Shown: piece by piece, positions 58,350 to 64,000 of the stretch
Layout of the letters: every line of letters begins with the position of its first letter
How positions within the stretch are numbered: position 1 is the first letter of the stretch
Assembly (NCBI GenBank): GCA_945901615.1
Contig: CAMDLI010000002.1
Coordinates: 7-64,006, forward strand
DNA length: 64,000 nt
DNA from: Spirosoma fluviale
GTDB lineage: Bacteria; Bacteroidota; Bacteroidia; Cytophagales; Cyclobacteriaceae
Reading direction: 5' to 3'
Notes under the pieces: generated by a model
The model's input: the letters and a program-made list of their open reading frames with translations, nothing else
Database searches by the model: none
Told to the model about the DNA's origin: nothing
Position numbers and translations under genes: made by a program

Positions 58350-59188
58350 CGCATTTCCTGGTGATATAGTGTGAGTCCTGCAATCGGGCTTTCCAAAATC
58401 ATTCCTACCTGCATGCCGCGATCTGTGGCTGCCTTCCGCAGGATATCCGCATTGTAAAACGCAATAGATCCTACGAAGTGAACTGGCTTGGTTTGAAAAT
58501 CTGGGTATTTGCAGACATGCTTGGTGAAGAAATTTTGAAACGCATCGTAAAACAAGCCGTAGCAATACGGATCTGATCTATGTTCGGTAATGAAGCGGCA
58601 AAAACTTGCCATGTACCGATTGGGAAAAGGCTTTCGATACACTTGCTCCTGAATCCCATATTGGGAGAGCTGAAAACGATTGATTGCCTCCAGACGAATA
58701 GCCGCAGGCATCTCTTCATGAATGAAGTCTTGGAGGAATTTTCTTCCCACATCACTTCCCCCTCCTTCATCACCTAGGATGTAGCCAGCAGCTGGTCGGG
58801 AAGCAATGATATTTTTGCCATCGTAATCACAACTATTCGATCCTGTACCTAAGATGCAGGCAATCCCTGCACGATGGCCACAGGTAGCCTTGGCAGCAGC
58901 CAAGAGGTCATGGTCTATCTGAATTTTGGCTTTTGCAAAAATTGCGCGCAGCGCTTGCTCTACCTCTACCTTCTTTTCCGGAGCAGTACATCCAGCCCCG
59001 TAATAATAAATCTCTTCAATTTCTTCAGAGAGGTTCAACAAAAATTCCTGCTTCAACTGCTGCGTCATCTCCTCCACACTCAGGTAATAGGGATTAAACC
59101 CTATCCCCCGATATTGACTGATTTGGCCGTCTTTGTGGATTACTCGCCAATCGGTTTTACTTGAACCGCTATCTGCTATTAAAATCAT
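58346..59188 (-). CDS. BadF/BadG/BcrA/BcrD-type sugar kinase, probable MurNAc/GlcNAc kinase (MurK-like)
   Basis: MILIADSGSSKTDW, YGAGC, ACILGTGSNSC, GYILGDEG.G, FVGSIA; coupled to murQ. Confidence 0.88.
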   Translation of the reverse strand: MILIADSGSSKTDWRVIHKDGQISQYRGIGFNPYYLSVEEMTQQLKQEFLLNLSEEIEEIYYYGAGCTAPEKKVEVEQALRAIFAKAKIQIDHDLLAAAKATCGHRAGIACILGTGSNSCDYDGKNIIASRPAAGYILGDEGGGSDVGRKFLQDFIHEEMPAAIRLEAINRFQLSQYGIQEQVYRKPFPNRYMASFCRFITEHRSDPYCYGLFYDAFQNFFTKHVCKYPDFQTKPVHFVGSIAFYNADILRKAATDRGMQVGMILESPIAGLTLYHQEMR

Positions 59189-59417
59189 CTGGATGTAGCT
59201 GGCCTATGGCCTCAAATTTTTCAAATACTTTTTCAGTATGGGGAGCTTCCCCGAGTTCTTTGGTCAAATCCTGACCCGCCCAATGTTCGTAATGGGTTCC
59301 GTTTTTCCACAGCTTGGAAGAAGTTACGTCGTAGATGACTCCTTGAAAAGCTACCCAAATCTCAGGCCGATCCTGACCATTTCGCAGGGCTAGCTGCTGA
59401 CGGGTATAGCGGTTCAT
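59169..59417 (-). CDS. Small cytochrome b5-like heme/steroid-binding domain protein (82 aa)
   Basis: YT..QL...NG, WVA..G.IYDVT, H.AG.DLT, APH; start ATG 59417. Confidence 0.85.
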   Translation of the reverse strand: MNRYTRQQLALRNGQDRPEIWVAFQGVIYDVTSSKLWKNGTHYEHWAGQDLTKELGEAPHTEKVFEKFEAIGQLHPDDFNSR

Positions 59418-60568
59418 CAATACAGTTTGATTTGGGCAGTTACCCAACGCTCGGGAATCTCTCCCTGCTGCGCTTGTTGGTAATCGGAATAGCTGCAAGG
59501 AACGATGCTCACTCGCTCAAATCGGCTGGCGTCGTTGTAGGGGATCTCCATCCACCATTTTCCACTTCTCTTGCTCTTGTAAAAAACTAAAGTGTTGGGT
59601 TTGGAGTCCATGGAAACCGTGTATTTCATGTAGGCAGCACTCTTAAAGGAAAGGGTATCCTTTCTACTATAAAAGCCTTCGATGAAATACCAGATCATCA
59701 CCGCCGCTACCTGAGCAGTCTTGTTGTGCGTGTCGTCGTAATAGGGATCGTATCCGTAGACTCCAAAAGAGCTCAATTTTTCGTTTGATCCAGCAAACCA
59801 ACAAATCTGGCTTGCCTCCTCACCCGACAGTCCAAAAGGCTGTGCATCTACAGCACCAGGAGCTACGGAAGATTGGATTGCCCCTAGGTCAAAACTGATC
59901 AAATCCGCATCGCGAATCAGCGGCTCCATTTCTTTGAAGTTGTCCCTCAATTGCCCAAGGCGCACATGTTCAAAATAGAGCTTCTCCAAAGCAGCAACCA
60001 AGGTAGGGTCCACCAAAAAACTCTGGTATGCCAAGTGCGTCGAAGAAAATAAGAAATTAGGTTGATGCAGGACAATCTCTTGGGTATGTCGATCACTCTC
60101 TGGACCTGCTTCTTCCATATCGATTTTGGAATCTACAGTGAGTAGCGTGACCAGCTTTTTCATTTTCTGGTAAGACAGGTACTGCCCATAATCGAGGTCA
60201 TGTGAGCCCCCAAAAAAAATAGGCAAAATCTGTTGCCGCATCAAATAATCACCCACCTGCCGAATATTTTGATAGGTATCATTTAGGCTATCGCCAGAGA
60301 TAAGGTCTCCTAGATCCGCTATTTTGTAAGGCATTGCTCCCCTTTTCAGTTGGTATAGCTTCTCTCGGATTTCAGAACTTGCTCGAGCAATGCTTTCGGA
60401 GCGGGTTGCCCCCCTGCTTTCTTTCAAGCCCACTAGCGCAATTTGAATGCCTGTGAGCGCAGGGAAACCATGGTGGTGAATGGATAATTGATTAAAAATG
60501 GAATTCTGGAGGTAGCCTTTTTCTGCAACTGCAGATTCTACGGGCTCAAAAAAAGAAGAAATAGTCAT
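59417..60568 (-). CDS. Arginase/ureohydrolase-fold protein (formimidoylglutamase-like annotation), degenerate active site
   Basis: IADLGD, GGSHD, P.GL.GEE, WYFIEG, FYKS..S.KWW, VPCSY.DY; metal motifs altered. Confidence 0.8.
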   Translation of the reverse strand: MTISSFFEPVESAVAEKGYLQNSIFNQLSIHHHGFPALTGIQIALVGLKESRGATRSESIARASSEIREKLYQLKRGAMPYKIADLGDLISGDSLNDTYQNIRQVGDYLMRQQILPIFFGGSHDLDYGQYLSYQKMKKLVTLLTVDSKIDMEEAGPESDRHTQEIVLHQPNFLFSSTHLAYQSFLVDPTLVAALEKLYFEHVRLGQLRDNFKEMEPLIRDADLISFDLGAIQSSVAPGAVDAQPFGLSGEEASQICWFAGSNEKLSSFGVYGYDPYYDDTHNKTAQVAAVMIWYFIEGFYSRKDTLSFKSAAYMKYTVSMDSKPNTLVFYKSKRSGKWWMEIPYNDASRFERVSIVPCSYSDYQQAQQGEIPERWVTAQIKLY

Positions 60569-60610
60569 GGAAAGTCTTTAGGTTTTTAAAACTAATCAAA
60601 AATGATACCT

Positions 60611-60641
60611 AAAAAAAAATCCTGCAGTTGCAGGATTTTTT
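60611..60641 (-). terminator. Intrinsic terminator after nqrF
   Basis: A9-TCCTGCA..TGCAGGA-T6. Confidence 0.8.
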
Positions 60642-60649
60642 GAGGCGAC

Positions 60650-61954
60650 TTAACCACCAAAATCGTCAAATCGAATGTTCTCTTTTGGAATACCCATGTC
60701 ATCAAGTAACTTGAGTACCGCAGCGTTCATCAATGGAGGACCGCATAGGTAATATTCTACCTCATCTGGATCAGAGTGATTTTTCAAGTAGTTTTCCAAC
60801 AATACCTGGTGGATAAATCCTACGTAACCATCTCCCTCACGATCTTCCAAGGAAGTTTTAAGTGTCCAATTGTCTTCTGGAAGTGGCTCGGAAAGGCCTA
60901 CATGGAAACTAAAGTTTGGAAACTCATTTTCAATTTCTCTAAACTGAGGTACATAGAACAATTCCTTTTTGGAACGACCTCCATACCAATAGGATACCTT
61001 ACGTTGCGTTTTTTCAGTGTGGAATAGGTGGAAGATTTGAGCTCTTAATGGAGCCATCCCTGCACCACCACCGATGTAGATCATTTCTCGCTGAGTAGGG
61101 TTGATATGGAATTCTCCATAAGGACCTGAGATCATCACTTTGTCCCCAGGCTTGCATCCAAACACGTAGGAGGAGCAAACTCCAGGATTGACATCCATCC
61201 AACGGTTGTTGGCACGATCCCATGGTGGAGTTGCGATACGAATCGTCAACATCACGATATTTCCTTCAGCAGGGTGGTTGGCCATGGAATAGGCACGGAA
61301 TAGGGGCTCGTCATTTTTCATCACCAAGCTCCATAATCCAAACTTATCCCAATCGCTCTTGTACACATCAGCTGGGTGACCCAACTCTGGGTGTGGAGTG
61401 ATGTCCATGTCCTTGAAGTTGACAGTAATCGCCGGAACGTCAATTTGGATGTATCCTCCTGCCTCAAAGTGAAGGGTTTCTCCTTCAGGAAGTTTTACTT
61501 TAAATTCTTTGATAAACGTAGATACGTTGTAGTTGGAGATGACCTCGCACTCCCACTTTTTGATACCGAAGATCTCCTCAGGCACACGGATTTTCATGTC
61601 CTGCTTTACTTTCACTTGGCAAGCCAAACGAACATGTCCTTGCTGCTCCGCACGACTTAGGTGACCTACTTCTGTAGGCAAAACATCTCCACCCCCATCG
61701 TCAACGATACACTTACACATGGCGCAAGTGCCCCCTCCACCACAGGCAGAAGGTAGGAAGATTTTTTGATTACCTAAGGTCGATAGCAAGCTTGAACCTG
61801 CAGAAGCAACAATTGGGTTGCTCTCGTCCCCGTTGATGATAATCTTAACATCCCCAGAATTAACCAGTTTGGACTGGGCAAATAGGAGAATAAATACCAA
61901 CAGCAGGATAATGGCTGTGAAGGCAATAATGGAAGTAATAATTACAGAACCCAT
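60650..61954 (-). CDS. nqrF: Na+-translocating NADH:quinone oxidoreductase subunit F
   Basis: N-terminal [12 protein letters not shown] 2Fe-2[35 protein letters not shown]. Confidence 0.96.
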   Translation of the reverse strand: MGSVIITSIIAFTAIILLLVFILLFAQSKLVNSGDVKIIINGDESNPIVASAGSSLLSTLGNQKIFLPSACGGGGTCAMCKCIVDDGGGDVLPTEVGHLSRAEQQGHVRLACQVKVKQDMKIRVPEEIFGIKKWECEVISNYNVSTFIKEFKVKLPEGETLHFEAGGYIQIDVPAITVNFKDMDITPHPELGHPADVYKSDWDKFGLWSLVMKNDEPLFRAYSMANHPAEGNIVMLTIRIATPPWDRANNRWMDVNPGVCSSYVFGCKPGDKVMISGPYGEFHINPTQREMIYIGGGAGMAPLRAQIFHLFHTEKTQRKVSYWYGGRSKKELFYVPQFREIENEFPNFSFHVGLSEPLPEDNWTLKTSLEDREGDGYVGFIHQVLLENYLKNHSDPDEVEYYLCGPPLMNAAVLKLLDDMGIPKENIRFDDFGG

Positions 61955-62003
61955 GAACTCTTATTTTTTTCTTTTTCGTTGGAAAATCCCGTTTTTGGGA
62001 GCA

Positions 62004-62011
62004 CAAATATA
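62004..62011 (-). promoter_or_regulatory. -7 element TATATTTG for nqrF
   Basis: Exact match 49 nt upstream of ATG. Confidence 0.65.
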
Positions 62012-62079
62012 TTTATTAATCAGGAATGCACGCCAAGAATCCCGGCAAATTCTGACTTCTTTTTTGGTATTCTAACTGA

Positions 62080-62922
62080 TTAATTCTTCAATAAGTTGAG
62101 CAAAGTACTCAGCTTTAATTTTAACAGTCGCCTATCAACAATGAAATCAAGAAAACCGTGTTCCAACACAAACTCTGAACTCTGAAATCCCTTGGGTAAA
62201 TCCTTGCCGATAGTCTCTCGAATCACACGTGGGCCAGCAAATCCAATCAAGGCTCCAGGTTCAGCAATGTTGAAATCACCCAACATGGCATAAGATGCCG
62301 TCACCCCACCTGTCGTAGGATCTGTGAGTAGGGAAATGTAAGGAATTCCTGCTTTGTCGAGCAAGGCAAGTTTGGCTGAGGTCTTGGCCATTTGCATCAA
62401 GGAAAAGCCTGCTTCCATCATTCGCGCTCCCCCTGATTTGGAAATCATGAGGAAGGGAATTTTGTGTTTCAAGGAATGATCTATCGCTCGGGCAATTTTT
62501 TCTCCGACTACTGAACCCATCGAGCCTCCAACAAAATTGAAGTCCATGCAGGCAATGACTAGCTCCTGGCCATTCATCTTTCCATGCGCCGATCGGACTG
62601 CGTCGTTCAGTTCAGTTTTACTGATAGTCGCCTCAATTCTGGAGGAATAGGATTTAGTATCCACAAAATTTAGCGGATCTCCCGACTTCATTGCCTCATC
62701 CAATTCGGTGAAGGTATTTTGGTCAAAAAGGATCTCAAAATACTCTTTGGAACCAATTTTGACATGAAAATCATCGTTTGGGGATACGTAGGCATTACTC
62801 TTTAACTCCCGGGTATGAACGATAGTACCACTGGGGGTCTTAAACCACAACCCATCCGGCGTATCTTTCTTTTCCGCTGTGGAAGTCTTAATGCCTTTGT
62901 CAGTTCTCTTAAACCACGCCAT
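62080..62922 (-). CDS. accD: Acetyl-CoA carboxylase carboxyltransferase beta subunit
   Basis: [42 protein letters not shown]. Confidence 0.96.
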   Translation of the reverse strand: MAWFKRTDKGIKTSTAEKKDTPDGLWFKTPSGTIVHTRELKSNAYVSPNDDFHVKIGSKEYFEILFDQNTFTELDEAMKSGDPLNFVDTKSYSSRIEATISKTELNDAVRSAHGKMNGQELVIACMDFNFVGGSMGSVVGEKIARAIDHSLKHKIPFLMISKSGGARMMEAGFSLMQMAKTSAKLALLDKAGIPYISLLTDPTTGGVTASYAMLGDFNIAEPGALIGFAGPRVIRETIGKDLPKGFQSSEFVLEHGFLDFIVDRRLLKLKLSTLLNLLKN

Positions 62923-62958
62923 ACTACTATTCTGATTGATCTAACACTTCAAAGGTGA

Positions 62959-62966
62959 CAAATTTA
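62959..62966 (-). promoter_or_regulatory. -7 element TAAATTTG for accD
   Basis: Exact match 36 nt upstream of ATG. Confidence 0.6.
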
Positions 62967-63119
62967 GTTTGAAACTCTCGTAATTAAAATTTCTTCTTCA
63001 TCTCGATGGCTATCCCTTGCCTCGCCGCTAGGAGAAATTCTCTTTTTACACGAACTATTTTTTAGTACTTTGAAATTCAATTCAAGCCCAACCTTTCACC
63101 ATCCCATTCAAAATTATCC

Positions 63120-64000
63120 ATGAGCTTATCCATCCTCTTACTAATCTCTGCAGTTATCCTCTTGCTTGCTTACCGGATTTATGGAAAATACGTGTACAAC
63201 AAATTTGGGTTGAGTGATGCCCGAAAAGCGCCCTCCCATACGCATCGAGACGGGATCGACTACGAGCCCAGCAAGCCGATAGTAGTTTTAGGACACCATT
63301 TTGCCTCTATTGCTGGAGCAGGACCGATCGTAGGGCCCATCATCGCCGTGACCTTTGGTTGGATTCCCGCAGTGATCTGGATTTTGGTAGGAGGGATTTT
63401 CTTTGGCGCGGTCCATGATTTGGGAAGCATGGCAGCCTCCCTTCGAACTGAAGGAAAGTCCATTGGGGTCATTATTCGAAACCAAATTGGAATTAAGGGC
63501 AAGCAGCTTTTTATTCTTTTTAGTTTCTCCACACTGATACTTGTCATCGGGGTATTCTCAGACATCATTGCCAAAACCTTTGTAGCGAACCCTGGAGTAG
63601 GCTCTGCTTCCATTCTTTTCATCTTTTTAGCCATTGCCTTTGGCTATGCCAACAAATGGGTGGGAAATAAAAACGTAGCGTTTATAGTGATCACGATAGT
63701 GGGTGTGGTGCTGATGTACTACTTTGTCTATCTAGGTACACAGATTCCATTGGCTTTGACCTATCCAATATGGGTTGGAGGCCTGTTGATCTATGCCTTC
63801 ATTGCTTCTGTTACACCCGTATCCCTATTGCTGCAGCCTCGAGATTACCTGAACAGCTACTTGCTTTATGGCTTAATGATCGCCGCAGTGGCAGGAGTGG
63901 TCGTTGCTGATCCTGAGATTAAGATGAGTACAGAAGTACAATTCTCCAGCGATAGCCTTGGTTTTGTATTTCCAGTATTGTTTGTCACCATAGCCTGCGG
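63120..64000 (+). CDS. cstA: Carbon starvation protein A (CstA family peptide/pyruvate transporter), 5' part running off the window
   Basis: Hand translation from ATG 63120: AYRIYGK..PSH..RDGIDY.P..GHHFASIAGAGPIVGP..GGIFFGAVHD..LLQPRDYL..FVTIAC; absent from ORF track because no stop lies in the window. Confidence 0.93.
   Translation, partial: MSLSILLLISAVILLLAYRIYGKYVYNKFGLSDARKAPSHTHRDGIDYEPSKPIVVLGHHFASIAGAGPIVGPIIAVTFGWIPAVIWILVGGIFFGAVHDLGSMAASLRTEGKSIGVIIRNQIGIKGKQLFILFSFSTLILVIGVFSDIIAKTFVANPGVGSASILFIFLAIAFGYANKWVGNKNVAFIVITIVGVVLMYYFVYLGTQIPLALTYPIWVGGLLIYAFIASVTPVSLLLQPRDYLNSYLLYGLMIAAVAGVVVADPEIKMSTEVQFSSDSLGFVFPVLFVTIAC

Noticed and set aside
58350-58565. 72-aa N-terminal extension of MurQ in the ORF track
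   Set aside because: It lies wholly inside the kinase gene; ATG 58349 gives a normal MurQ start with an ATGA overlap.
63260-63634. Minus-strand ORFs at the right end
   Set aside because: Antisense shadows of the truncated plus-strand cstA.
1-64000. tRNA, rRNA, CRISPR array, IS/transposase, integrase, prophage or defence genes
   Set aside because: Intergenic gaps are short (about 230 nt at most) and were read by eye. No cloverleaf, repeat-spacer pattern or mobile-element ORF was seen. A tRNAscan/Infernal run would confirm.

Overview
A 64-kb stretch of core Bacteroidota chromosome. The gene set, T9SS/gliding genes and TAnnTTTG promoters point to Cytophagales, probably a Cyclobacteriaceae/Algoriphagus-like organism (inference, no database search run). 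About 60 densely packed CDSs: fatty-acid hydroxylase, bshA, an M24 lipoprotein, purM, a ceramidase-like/DUF983/UbiA-like/SGNH patch, the atpZ-I-B-E-F-H-A-G operon (atpD/atpC absent), sprE-PBP1a-uvrC, DUF4271-hemD-porP-gldKLMN, hemW-dciA, an RsbU/V/W partner-switching triad, two SurA-type PPIases, an MdlA-like ABC half transporter, leucine dehydrogenase, nusB-ytxH-DUF1573-yajC-ybbR-coaE, serS, 2OG oxygenase-chrA, CBS-nadK, porG-uppS-bamA-skp-skp-trx, RluB with a long repetitive N-terminus, an arginase-fold/cytochrome b5/murK/murQ operon, a stand-alone nqrF, accD, and the 5' part of cstA (missed by the ORF track). I saw no tRNA, rRNA, CRISPR, IS, integrase or prophage, and no clearly new multi-gene system can be proven from sequence alone. 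The best unexplained signals are: (i) three degenerate GTCAACA heptamer arrays, all in sense orientation just behind stop codons, two forming an inverted pair; (ii) a translationally coupled operon joining a catalytically degenerate arginase-fold protein and a mini cytochrome b5 to MurK/MurQ; (iii) possible sphingolipid-remodelling genes; (iv) a membrane-sensor partner-switching module with no adjacent sigma factor; (v) internal atp-operon hairpins that match subunit stoichiometry.
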